Positions 1 through 10,244 of a stretch of DNA of 64,000 nt are shown piece after piece. How positions within the stretch are numbered: the first letter of the stretch is position 1; each line of letters opens with the position of its first letter. The stretch is taken from NCBI GenBank assembly GCA_044892505.1, contig CM097883.1:232376001-232440000 (forward strand). Direction: 5' to 3'. The stretch is from Schmidtea nova. Taxonomy: Eukaryota. The translations under genes and the position numbers were made by a program. The notes under the pieces were generated by a model. That model was not told where the DNA came from and made no database searches. It saw nothing but the letters and a program-made list of their open reading frames with translations.

Positions 1-1385
1 GGAAACATGACCCAATTCCCGTCTGGTTTCTGATATAATGGTCCGTATGCATTACTGCAATTGAAAGGGTTTGGTTCAAAACTAACTGGGTTAATGATTC
101 TTGTCACTGGTTGTACATATCTTATTTTCCCTTTATATTCAATTTCCAATTCGTTGGTACATTGTCCTTGTCGTATTCTGGTCGTTGGTGCTAGGTTTGC
201 TTGTGTCTTTTGGCATATATATACATACATAACTTCTCCAACTACTCTTCCAAAATGACCTTCGTTAAGTGGTAATAATGGCATCGCACTATCCGGGTTT
301 GTAATTGCTACTGCTAGTTTCGTCTTTAATATTTCTCTGTTCAATATACAGTCGTTGTTAATGAGATCGTAGTATATTTTTTCCATTGATGCTTGGCCTT
401 TATGAAATAAAAAATCTAATTTGTTATTTAAATATACGTGCAATTTGATGTCTGTAGTGTCTATCTTGGGCTTTGCATTTGGTGCTGCTTGTCTTGATAC
501 ATAAATACCTGGATAATTTGTTTCTAACATAGAAACACCACATTTTAATGCCGGTTTTCCTTTTACAAACCTCATTCCTATATTTGCGTTTGATGTAACC
601 AATACTGTTGGCGTCTCTCTCATTCTCACCTCTTTTTCTTGTACTTTAGTTGTGAACGGTTTCTCTCCTTTTACTGTCTCCTGTAGACGTTTTCCTCTTG
701 CTACTTCATCATCCTCTTCTTCCTGAAAGATTTTTCCTTGTACCTCGTCGAACTCTGCTTCCTTTAATAATTGTAATTGGCATTCATTTGCTTTTGCTCT
801 GTATGTTAAAGTTGACATACCGGTTTGACAAGTACTGGCTTCAATTTTGCACATTGATAACGTCTTCATTTCTCCTGTTGCTGGGTCAAAATATGCTTCA
901 TACGCTTTTAATTCTACCGTATATGTGTCGATCACTACCATGTTAGTTGCTGGTACTCCAAATATTGGATATGTTGCTCCTTGACAGTAACCTTCTCCTC
1001 CTGTGATAGCTCCTGCTACATAATATGTTTGTTGTAGTATTACTCCAGCTTTTCCTCTTATCTTTATTCGATCTCTTGTTTCGACTTCTCCATGTTTAAA
1101 CAATTTATTGCAATCTTCTCCTTGTAACATTATCGCTTCTCTTTCCGTTCCTGGCATTACGATTGCAGAGTAGTGGCGATGTCCACAATAAAAAGCAAAT
1201 CTTGTTTTATATATTTTACATTCATTAACTGTTGTCTTTATTAAGTCGGCTTCCTGATATACGTGATATATTTGTTTACTATGTAATACTTTTAATTCTG
1301 TTGGAGTTGCATCTTTGCATTGTTCTGTTCCTCTTAATGAATATTTTTCTCCTAATGCCATCTGGTCGCAATCAAATACTTCGAA
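1..1385 (-). other. Chuvirus-type / gB-like (class III) envelope glycoprotein ectodomain (partial)
   Basis: xFDC start after a signal-like segment, YVYQ-like HVYQE, CK...YCG.H..IV motif, and a LYxxxxxxxC.L...IL...P...G....GEV....C motif typical of chuvirus-like glycoproteins found in LTR elements. Confidence 0.75.
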
Positions 1386-4300
1386 CGCCGTTGCTCCTTC
1401 AATGCTAATTAGCCATATTAATATCATCATTATGATTGAATTCAGGTTTAGTGAAGGTTTTCCACTTCTTGTTCCTGACTTTTCTTTTTCTAATTCTCCT
1501 AAAATTTCTTCAAATTTCTTTTTCATATTCTTTGCTTGACTGTTTCTTTGATTCGTTTTAGCAAATGTTTCCCATCCTCCTTTACTGATGACGTATGGTT
1601 CTATTTCTTTTGCTATGATGCTTGCCGTATTTTTGATATGTTTCTCTATTGCCGTAGATTTTGGATTACCTCTACTCAATGTTAATAAGTTATAAATTGT
1701 ATACGCAATTGCTATCACATATTTATTATCGTTTTCTGCATCTTCAGTTAACCTCTTTATCAACGTTGTGGTCCCTTGCCAATCTAAATGGCTTGATTTT
1801 GTCTTCTCTTTTATCAGTTCGGGTAAGATTGGTGCGATTGCGCTATGTAATGCTTTAGCCTTGTCGCTTATTTCGTTTATTCTCCACCATTTTTTCAATT
1901 CTGGATCAATTATCGCCAATATTTCCATTAGTGTTTTTGATATCCATCCTTCACCTTGACATTTTTGCGTTCTTTCCTGGTCTTTTGCTTCTGCTATTTT
2001 GTTGAGTTTCTTTAAACATAATTCCCATTTCTCTTGTCTCCTTTCTTCTTTTGTTTTGTTGATTACATTGGCTGGATCTGTCTTTGGTCTACCTCTAGGT
2101 CGTCTATCCATTGTTGTACCTGTTTCAATCAATCTGGTTTCTCGTCCAGTTTCTTCTGTAACATCTCTTGGTTCATTATTTTTCTGTTCCCACCATTTTT
2201 CCATTTCTTGTGTTAATCGTTCGTTTTCTGTATTTGCTCCTCTTGTTTCTTCTTCAGAGATTTCGTTCACTTCTTCTATTTCTATTTCTTGCTCAACTTC
2301 ATCTTGGGTATTGATTGCTTGTGACGTTGTGGGTAACTCTTGTACTCTTTCGAAAATATTATTGCCTTTTTCTTTTGTCAATTTTGCTAATTCTTCTAGC
2401 ATGTCATCACTGTCTGTTAAGATTTCTTCTGCATCGTATGGTTGTGGTCGAGTTCTTTCTTGGGTTTTAGTTGGTGTTGTTTCATACTGTCTTGCGCTTG
2501 TTCCTGGCTTTATCTGCATCGTCTTCCTTAGATTCTGAGTATCTCCACTTTCTTTTATTCTTTTCTCTTTAAGTTTTAATGGTTGACCTGCTATTGCGTC
2601 TACTGTTAACGTATTTGCCAGTTCTAACTGTGCTGGCGTTATCAAAATTTCCATATCGTTTTCTAGTGATCGTCCTTGATGTTGTAGATGAAATGGTGGT
2701 TCATATTTTAATCTCTTTTTAACATCTCGAATTTTTTCGGTTAATTTTACCCAAAGCTCTTCCTTTTCTCGATCTGGATATATTATCCTTAAATGTATTT
2801 TCTGCGGTGGTTCTTGGGAGTTTTCTTGGTTTCTCCATTTCTTGATTACATTGTCTAATTGTTCTGGGCACCACTCGTTAACTCGTTTATATTCTGCTAC
2901 TACCTTGGCTACTTTTCTTAAACTGATTATATCTTCGCCGCCTGCTACAAAGAATTCGGCTAATCCTTTGATCGTTCGCCTTTTTCCTTGTACATTTCCT
3001 TTTAGTAATTCAATAAGTTCGTCAGCTTTTCGTCTTTGCGTTTCTAACCATATTGCTGCGGTTTCTGGTCCATCCAAATCTGTTGGCATGACTTTTCTTG
3101 TCACCATACAAATTCTTCCAATTTCTGGTTCATATTTATCTTCCATTTCTGGTCTAAATTCTTCTTCATATATACCTCCTTTTGCTTTCCAGCATTTCTC
3201 TTTAACATCCCAGTGTTTCTCTACTGGTGTTAATCGGCGTTCGTTGAAGTTTAATTCTCCTAATACATTTTCCCATTCTGGCTGTATCTGCCATCTTCGA
3301 TAAATTTCTATTATTTGTCTTAGTTTGTGCATCGCTTCTCTTTGACGTTCTTGTCTCCTTTTTTCGTCTTTTGGTGTTTCTCTTGGTGTATCATCCATTC
3401 TGATAACATGAATTGTTTGGTAATTATCCCATATACCAATTTTATATAATCGTCTCTCATCATGATCCCCTAGTACGTGTTCATTATATTTCATGATGAT
3501 ATCGTCTACCAATTCGTCTTCTTTTTCCCGTTGTAATAAGGTTTCATTGATAACATCAACTAATTCTTCTATTGTACAATCCGCGATTACTTCAATTTCT
3601 TTTGTGTCTTCGTTTGGTAATTTCACTTTGATTTTTAAATCTCCTATTTCTCCTCGTTTAAACATCGCTTTTCCCATTTTCGCGATCACTCTCCAAGTCT
3701 TGTATGACGAATGTCTCGTATGGCTGGTATCTCGTATATTTTCGATGCATTGTTTTAATTTCTCATATTCAGTTTTCGTTAATTCTTCTCTATTCTTGTC
3801 GATTTGTTGAATAATTTGTTCTATTAGTGAATTTAAATTTTCTCTGAGAATTCTTTCTTTCCTTTCTACTAACTGAGGTTTAATTCTCATCTCAAAACAC
3901 ATATTTGCTTCCTTTGCGATTTCTTGTAAATTTTCCTCTTTCTTATTGTCGCATATTGATAATGTTGTTATCTCTCCTGGCCATATGCCTGTTTCTACCA
4001 AATGCGTTGCTCGTCTTACAAGTTCATTTCCTGAATATATGAATTTGTTTTTATATGAACTTCCCAATCTGTCTTCTATCCATCGATAAATTTCGTTTGT
4101 GCATGGAGATTTGATCCAAATTCTTGGTGAACATTCGTTTATTTCTATTAAAATTATGTATTCATGGAGTGGTTCTTCTAATAGTTTGACGATGTATCCT
4201 GATAATATCTCTATTTCACGACTTTGTAATCGTTCTTTATAGTTCATTCGGAATACTGCTCTTATAAATTTTCGATATCGCTTCTTATCAATAAATTCTT

Positions 4301-6314
4301 CGTTATAAATCACTTCTAACGCATTATCTAATAGTTTCTGAATTTCATCTTCTTTAATTTGTATATTTTCTGGCGTCTTCGCTACTTCTATCTTGTTGTC
4401 TTCATTTTCTGGTTCTTTTAGCATATCTCCTGCTAAACTACTGACATCACTGTCACTTTCTACATCTGAAAATTCTCTAGTTAAGTTTCTTAACATGTTT
4501 ATATGTGCTGTCTGTTCTACTTTATCTGGTACATTTTTTGGTGGTATCTCTTCTTTTTTGTCATTGTTTTCTGATTCTTCTATTTGGTCTCTTCGTTTTT
4601 CTATCTCCATTGCTTTTCTCTGTTTGATTTTCTCTTCAAATATCTTCAATGCTCTACTTTTGACTTTTGTTACTGGTTTTGATTTCTCTTCATCGTTATT
4701 TTCTTCTATTTCTTGGATAACTGTGACTTTCATTTTATTCATTGGTACTCCTAAATCTTTCCATATGTCGGTTGGTTTCAATTTTATTGCTGCTTCGTCT
4801 TCTGTCTGTAAAATTGCTTCTCGGGGTAGTTTCGTCGTTCCCGGAATCGTCTTATTTACTTTATTAATTAATACTCCTACTTCCTCTTTTTCATCATATT
4901 CAAATTGAAATACATGATCGTTTGGCATGACTACCAACATCCTTTTTTGTTCAATAACTTCTTCGTTTTCTTGTACTATTTCTTTTTGGTTTTCTTCATC
5001 TTCCGGATTTGGGTTTATCCGGTTTGTTTCTGGTTCAATATCTTCTTTGTTATCTCTTGTTTGCTTCGTTGCTCTCATCATATTAATTCTCAATGGTTGT
5101 CGTTCTCTTTCTTGTCGTTTCTGTTCGTCTTCTCTTTGTATTCTTGCCCATTCTTGAGCATGTCGTGCTTGACTTTCTCGATTTAGTCGTTCATTTTCAC
5201 TTTCCACTTTTCTCATCATATTCATTTGTTGTTGATTCGTTTGTTGATTTCCTCTCGGTGTATTATTTATTAACTCTGTCAATCTCTGAACTTCTTGTAA
5301 TAAATGTATTTCTTTGGTGGTACTTTTATTCTGGTTATAATTACTCTGTTGATTTTCAAAATTCTGACGGTTTCCGTTATTCTGTTGATTCGCATAACTT
5401 TGTCGATTTCCGTTGTTCGACCAATTCCTTTGTTGGTTGTTTTGTTGTTGGCAGTTCTTTGCCATATGACCTGGTTGTCCACAGTTATAACATGAATTCA
5501 GGTAACATCTACTTTCCGAATGTCCTTTTCTTCCACACTTTTTACAATTTAAATTCGCGAAACATTCTTGTTGCCAATGTCCTAACTTTCCACAGGTTTG
5601 ACATTGCTTTGTCTGTCCTTGCGTATTATAATTATTTTGGTTTCCGAAATTTTGTACTTTGTTTCCTTCATTTCTCCTTTGAGGTGGTGGTCGATTTAAT
5701 TGTTGTGAGTTCGGAATATGGTTATTTATCTTCATTGCTTGTTCGTTTTGTGTCGTATCCATTGCTAGGTAAATTCTTCCTTCACTTCCGATCATATGTA
5801 ATTCAAATCTGTTGGCGATTTCCAACGCTTCATCTATTGTTTTACAACCTTGGCATCCAACTTGTGCTCTTATATCGGGTCTTCTCAATCCCCCCACAAA
5901 AATTGCTGCCATTAATTCTGAACTCATTGGACTATTTTGATTAAATGCTAATTTAGCCAATTTCTTTAATTCACTTGCATATACTGCATTTGATTCATTA
6001 ACTTTCTGCTTCCTCATGGAAAATTCTGTAAACGCTTCATTTAATACTTTATTTATTCCAAACGTTTGCTGGAAAAAATTCTTTATCTTTTCCCAACTAT
6101 CGAGTTGATCATCTGAATTTTTTGCTTCTAAATATAAGTCTAACGCACTGTCTTTTAAATATAACTGAATTCTGCTCCTTATCGTTTCTGGTTTCCATTT
6201 ACATACTTCTACAAATATACCAAATTCTTTTAAAAACGTTTCCAACTTGCTGGCATCTCCATTGAATGGTTCTCCAGTAAATTTATCTTTGATTTCTTCT
6301 TTATGTTCGTTCAT
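1..6314 (-). CDS. Gag-Ubl-Ubl-Bcl2-like-Env polyprotein (partial; open frame extends upstream to 6773 and runs off the window at base 1)
   Basis: Manual check of this minus frame found no stop from 6773 to 1 (2257 codons). First in-frame ATG is at 6314 (MNEHKEEIKDKFTGEPFNGDASKLETFLKEF, Gag-like). Knuckles CQTCGKLGHWQQEC, CKKCGRKGHSESRC, CYNCGQPGHMAKNC at ~5455-5605. Hydrophobic segment IIMMILIWLISIEGATA at 1386-1440. Ectodomain begins FEVFDCD and includes ECKIYKTRFAFYCGHRHYSAIV and DCILNREILKTKLAVAITNPD...GEVMYVYIC. Confidence 0.9.
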   Translation of the reverse strand, partial: MNEHKEEIKDKFTGEPFNGDASKLETFLKEFGIFVEVCKWKPETIRSRIQLYLKDSALDLYLEAKNSDDQLDSWEKIKNFFQQTFGINKVLNEAFTEFSMRKQKVNESNAVYASELKKLAKLAFNQNSPMSSELMAAIFVGGLRRPDIRAQVGCQGCKTIDEALEIANRFELHMIGSEGRIYLAMDTTQNEQAMKINNHIPNSQQLNRPPPQRRNEGNKVQNFGNQNNYNTQGQTKQCQTCGKLGHWQQECFANLNCKKCGRKGHSESRCYLNSCYNCGQPGHMAKNCQQQNNQQRNWSNNGNRQSYANQQNNGNRQNFENQQSNYNQNKSTTKEIHLLQEVQRLTELINNTPRGNQQTNQQQMNMMRKVESENERLNRESQARHAQEWARIQREDEQKRQERERQPLRINMMRATKQTRDNKEDIEPETNRINPNPEDEENQKEIVQENEEVIEQKRMLVVMPNDHVFQFEYDEKEEVGVLINKVNKTIPGTTKLPREAILQTEDEAAIKLKPTDIWKDLGVPMNKMKVTVIQEIEENNDEEKSKPVTKVKSRALKIFEEKIKQRKAMEIEKRRDQIEESENNDKKEEIPPKNVPDKVEQTAHINMLRNLTREFSDVESDSDVSSLAGDMLKEPENEDNKIEVAKTPENIQIKEDEIQKLLDNALEVIYNEEFIDKKRYRKFIRAVFRMNYKERLQSREIEILSGYIVKLLEEPLHEYIILIEINECSPRIWIKSPCTNEIYRWIEDRLGSSYKNKFIYSGNELVRRATHLVETGIWPGEITTLSICDNKKEENLQEIAKEANMCFEMRIKPQLVERKERILRENLNSLIEQIIQQIDKNREELTKTEYEKLKQCIENIRDTSHTRHSSYKTWRVIAKMGKAMFKRGEIGDLKIKVKLPNEDTKEIEVIADCTIEELVDVINETLLQREKEDELVDDIIMKYNEHVLGDHDERRLYKIGIWDNYQTIHVIRMDDTPRETPKDEKRRQERQREAMHKLRQIIEIYRRWQIQPEWENVLGELNFNERRLTPVEKHWDVKEKCWKAKGGIYEEEFRPEMEDKYEPEIGRICMVTRKVMPTDLDGPETAAIWLETQRRKADELIELLKGNVQGKRRTIKGLAEFFVAGGEDIISLRKVAKVVAEYKRVNEWCPEQLDNVIKKWRNQENSQEPPQKIHLRIIYPDREKEELWVKLTEKIRDVKKRLKYEPPFHLQHQGRSLENDMEILITPAQLELANTLTVDAIAGQPLKLKEKRIKESGDTQNLRKTMQIKPGTSARQYETTPTKTQERTRPQPYDAEEILTDSDDMLEELAKLTKEKGNNIFERVQELPTTSQAINTQDEVEQEIEIEEVNEISEEETRGANTENERLTQEMEKWWEQKNNEPRDVTEETGRETRLIETGTTMDRRPRGRPKTDPANVINKTKEERRQEKWELCLKKLNKIAEAKDQERTQKCQGEGWISKTLMEILAIIDPELKKWWRINEISDKAKALHSAIAPILPELIKEKTKSSHLDWQGTTTLIKRLTEDAENDNKYVIAIAYTIYNLLTLSRGNPKSTAIEKHIKNTASIIAKEIEPYVISKGGWETFAKTNQRNSQAKNMKKKFEEILGELEKEKSGTRSGKPSLNLNSIIMMILIWLISIEGATAFEVFDCDQMALGEKYSLRGTEQCKDATPTELKVLHSKQIYHVYQEADLIKTTVNECKIYKTRFAFYCGHRHYSAIVMPGTEREAIMLQGEDCNKLFKHGEVETRDRIKIRGKAGVILQQTYYVAGAITGGEGYCQGATYPIFGVPATNMVVIDTYTVELKAYEAYFDPATGEMKTLSMCKIEASTCQTGMSTLTYRAKANECQLQLLKEAEFDEVQGKIFQEEEDDEVARGKRLQETVKGEKPFTTKVQEKEVRMRETPTVLVTSNANIGMRFVKGKPALKCGVSMLETNYPGIYVSRQAAPNAKPKIDTTDIKLHVYLNNKLDFLFHKGQASMEKIYYDLINNDCILNREILKTKLAVAITNPDSAMPLLPLNEGHFGRVVGEVMYVYICQKTQANLAPTTRIRQGQCTNELEIEYKGKIRYVQPVTRIINPVSFEPNPFNCSNAYGPLYQKPDGNWVMF
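1555..1990 (-). other. Bcl-2-like domain within the polyprotein
   Basis: Helical region ending EIEPYVISKGGWETF (1563-1601; compare Bcl-xL HLEPWIQENGGWDTF). Distance from the BH1-position Asp (LTEDAEN) to the GGW Trp is 57 aa versus 56 in Bcl-xL. The NWGR motif is not conserved. Confidence 0.6.
2601..2798 (-). other. Ubiquitin-like domain 2 within the polyprotein
   Basis: IHLRIIYPDREKEELWVKLTEKIRDVKKRL..FHLQHQGRSLENDMEI aligns by eye with ubiquitin TLEV..TIENVKAKI..RLIFAGKQLED. Confidence 0.6.
3399..3638 (-). other. Ubiquitin-like domain 1 within the polyprotein
   Basis: LKIKVKLPNEDTKEIEVIADCTIEELVDVINETL...IIMKYNEHVLGDHDERRLYKIGIWDNYQTIHVIR follows the ubiquitin beta-grasp pattern (MQIFVKTLTGKTITLEV..DTIENV...LIFAGKQLEDGRTLSDYNI..TLHLV). 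Confidence 0.6.
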
Positions 6315-7519
6315 TTCGATTCCGCTGTCTTGTGTCGTTTTACTCTCGTTTCCTCTTGTTTCACTAGTATGCTCGTTATTCGTTTCGTTTGAATTATTAT
6401 CAATTTCTGCTTCTACTTCTTCTGTGTTTATTGACTCGTTATCTGATGCTTCCGTATTATTATAATTATCGTAGGTTTCACTTGAACTTTCTTCTGTTTC
6501 ACTTTCGTTAGTTTTTGTTAATTTATTGTTTTCGATTTTTGACTTTTCTACTATTACTCTTCTTGATTTACTTCCTTTAGGATTTGTTTTCTTTGTAACA
6601 CTGGTTGCTCTTTGTTTCGATTTATTTCTCTGTGAATTATCAACTTTTTTGATTGTAGCACTAACTGCTCTTGATCTCAATTTATTTCTTTGTGAATTAT
6701 TAACTTCTTGATTTTTAACTGTTCTTGATCTCGATTTACTTCTCTTTAATTTATCAATTTTTCTGTTTCTCTGTTATCGTATTCTGATTGATTGGTTGGT
6801 TGTTTGACTTGTTCTGTTCCGTGTATCTAAATTAAAAAGTCACTTCAACGATACATCATTGTTATCGTTGCGCTTTTATTCCTCATTATTGGGTTTCCAT
6901 TGTTTCCCCATTCCCGGTTTCCCCTTTATTTAAGTCTATTTAAATTATCTATTCACTGGTAACAATTATCTATATGGTCGTAATAATTATCTATCGTTAT
7001 CAAATAAATTCATTACTTTTCCCTCAGTCTCCCAATTTAATTTGTCGCTCAAACGCTTTAATTCCCTTGAGCTCTCCTGACTCAATTATCATTTTATTAC
7101 TATTCATTATATCATCATTACTCACTATTCTCACTAATCAACTCTAATTTCTCATCATTACTCACTATTCTCACTATTTCTACCGGTTTTTTTCCGGTCA
7201 ACTCTAATTTCTCTTATTCCTATTTCTACTCGTATGCATACTGAATCTCTAGTTTACTTAATCATCTTTACTCGTATTACTCAATTTCTAGTGCTCATTA
7301 CTCTTAACATCGTCGACGATTACAACTTGGTTTTATTTCATCTCTGTTGCTTATTTATTCCCTTGGCTCTCTACGCCATAATTTAATTTATTCACTTGAC
7401 TCTTCTCTAATTTATTCACTTATTCACTTGGCTCTTCTATGCCCTAATTTAATTTATTCGCTTGACTCCATGGCCCTTCTCTAGGGAAAATACCTTCTTA
7501 GAGAATAATCACCTGCTTA

Positions 7520-8480
7520 GTTAGGCCTTTGACCCTTCTTTCGGGGTAATCTTAAATAATCTGACTTGTTTGCTCTTGACCTTTTTTTTACAAGGTATTT
7601 AACTAATATGGCTTGTTTGCCCTTGACTCTTCTTTCAGAGTATTTGACTAATATGGCTCGTTGGCCCTTGACCTTTTTGTACAAGGTATTTAACTCATCT
7701 GGCTTGTTTGCCCTTGACTCTTCTTTCCGAGTATTCAACTAATATGGCTCGTTGGCCCTTGACCTTTTTGTACAAGGTATTTACTCATCTGGCTTGTTTG
7801 CCCTTGACTCTTTTTCCAGAGTATTCAACTAATATGGCTCGTTGGCCCTTGACCTTTTTGTACAAGGTATTTAACTCATCTGGCTTGTTTGCCCTTGACT
7901 CTTCTTTCAGAGTATTCAACTAATATGGCTCGTTGGCCCTTGACCCTTCTTTCAGAGTAATTAACTAATATGGCTCGTTGGCCCTTGACCCTTCTTTCAG
8001 AGTAATTAACTAATATGGCTCGTTGGCCCTTGACCCTTCTTTCAGAGTAATTAACTAATACGGCTCGTTGGCCCTTGACCCTTCTTTCAGAGTAATTAAC
8101 TAATACGGCTCGTTGGCCCTTGACCCTTCTTTCAGAGTAATTAACTAATACGGCTCGTTGGCCCTTGACCCTTCTTTCAGAGTAACTAATATGGCTTATT
8201 TGCCCTTGACCCTTCTTTCAGAGTAACTAATATGGCTTATTTGCCCTTGACCCTTCTTTCAGAGTAACTAATATGGCTTATTTGCCCTTGACCCTTCTTT
8301 CAGAGTAACTAATATGGCTTATTTGCCCTTGACCCTTCTTTCAGAGTAACTAATATGGCTTATTTGCCCTTGACCCTTCTTTCAGAGTAACTAATATGGC
8401 TTATTTGCCCTTGACCCTTCTTTCAGAGTAACTAATATGGCTTGTTTGCCCTTGACCTTTTTATACAAGGTATTTAACTA
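7520..8480. repeat. Tandem repeat array in the element 1 leader (about 20+ units of 41-45 bp, core GCCCTTGAC)
   Basis: Alternating dimeric units at ~7590-7920, 45-bp units from 7921, and 41-bp units from ~8190. Confidence 0.95.
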
Positions 8481-9075
8481 ATCTCTTTAACCGGTTAACC
8501 GCACTTATCCACTTCACTAGTTATCATTCAGCTGAATTATCTCTATTTTTATAAGAGTTATCACATTAACTTTCATTCTACTTATTTACTTAATGTTCTT
8601 TCGACTTCCACTGATCAGTGTTCTATTCTCTCTTTTTTATTTGTATTTTCTGCATGCACTTAAACCTCATTAGATTGTTCCTACCTTTCACCCCAACCAA
8701 AACATACAAAAAGATCGCATTGGTCTACTAATGCAAGATGTGGTGATCAGTCACATCACAAAAGCTTTCCAATATCCGCGATGGGCCCCTTTCTATACAT
8801 CTCGGGTAAGTTGATCAGTTGGTTCCTCCCAATGGGTGCTTAACGGACTACTCGTGAGCAGCTCAAAAATTATTTATAAATATCAATTGTTATTATGATT
8901 TCTGTCATTGCCATTATCAATTTTCATTATACATTCTCGTTGTCAATTCTCATATTAATTCTCATTATGAATTCTCATATTAACTCTTATTATGAATTAT
9001 CATATTAATTCTCCTTATCAATTAATTCATTATCCTTTATCACAAATCATATTATTCAATTTCAAAATTTATTTA

Positions 9076-9537
9076 TTATAAATACACAATAATTCTTTCG
9101 TCTATTTCGAGATTGCACATCGGGCATTTGTCGCAATTGGCTGCACAGATTCCACAAAACCGAAAATGTCCACATGGTAAAAACATGATTTTATTCTCTC
9201 TTTCTCGACATATGTAACACAGTTTAAATTTCTTAGCTGTCTCAGTCCCTTGTATCGTCCACTTGTTGTATGTTGGAGTTAATTGTTGCTCTAACTGTCT
9301 GCATTTTATGTTTACATCAGCATTTTCTAATCTCGTTCGGTACCACTTGTATCTAGTTGTTATATCTATTTTGTCTACTCTTTCCATTATTTTTATCAGC
9401 TCTGTTGTCTCTTCGGTTTGTGTCATGGGTTCTTTGAATCCGGATTCTCTTATTCGACTTATTTTCTCACATAGTTCATCGTATGTTTTGTTTTCCGTGT
9501 TTAAGAATTCTTCTATTTCTTTTAATTTATCGTTCAT
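9076..9537 (-). CDS. Accessory protein with C-terminal IAP-type RING finger (C3HC4), putative E3 ligase, no BIR
   Basis: CYICRERENKIMFLPCGHFRFCGICAANCDKCPMC followed by a hydrophobic tail IIVYL*, as in IAP RINGs. Acceptor TTATTTAG|CA-ATG upstream; AATAAA overlaps the stop. Confidence 0.85.
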   Translation of the reverse strand: MNDKLKEIEEFLNTENKTYDELCEKISRIRESGFKEPMTQTEETTELIKIMERVDKIDITTRYKWYRTRLENADVNIKCRQLEQQLTPTYNKWTIQGTETAKKFKLCYICRERENKIMFLPCGHFRFCGICAANCDKCPMCNLEIDERIIVYL

Positions 9538-10244
9538 TGCTAAATAATTGATATTGTTAATATGTTTGCTGTTTTATTTAGTATATAAAAAAATAAAGAT
9601 TTCAATATCTTGTTTCTCTATTTGTTCAATTTGTGTTGGTCAAAAGTAGTGGTACATTTCGTTTTCTGATGTTAAACCTCTCCCTGTTTCATCAAATTGT
9701 CGTCCCGACATATTTATTTATGTTTATTTATTTTATTTTAATATCAATTATTAATCGTCTGTTGTTATATTTATTCAATAGTTGTTTTTCAAAATTCTCT
9801 GTTGATATTGTTTTCACTTTTATACAAAAATCAATTATGTTTTCGGCTGAGGGGCACTTTAAAACTCCTGGTTATTATTGGATTCAATTTTTCGCACAAA
9901 AACCAATTTGATCCCGGCTGAGCCCCCAAATTTATGTTGTTGGTTTCGGTTGGGTTAAAACAAAAATACAAAATGAATTAATAATTATTTTTAAACGCTC
10001 TAGGGATTCCTCCATCCAAAACCTCACATAAAATGCTTACATATCACACGAGCACCCTCGATCATTTCCCTGTAATAATCGAGTTGGAAATGTGCAAGGT
10101 GTTTGAACAATGATGGGCAGGTGAGCTCTATTGCTAAAACTACTCCCCATTTATGTTCACGGGTTCGTCTCGCTGCCGATAGAAGGACTTACGCTTTAAT
10201 TTTAATCTATCCGCATCCATTTATCTTTCATTTCAATTATTTCT

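Noticed and set aside
61-6711. Many plus-strand ORFs rich in S/F/L/V
   Set aside because: They are antisense shadows of the giant minus-strand ORF, whose A-rich codons suppress stops on the opposite strand.
7360-7475. Alternative PBS candidates TGGCGTAG (7379) and TGGAGTCAAG (7470)
   Set aside because: Short matches within degenerate repeats; no LTR-like promoter or terminus directly upstream.
7517-7923. ORFs 7517-7738 (-) and 7708-7923 (+)
   Set aside because: Translations of the tandem repeat; no independent coding evidence.
7520-8480. Possible CRISPR array
   Set aside because: Units are head-to-tail with no unique spacers, no cas genes are present, and the context is eukaryotic.
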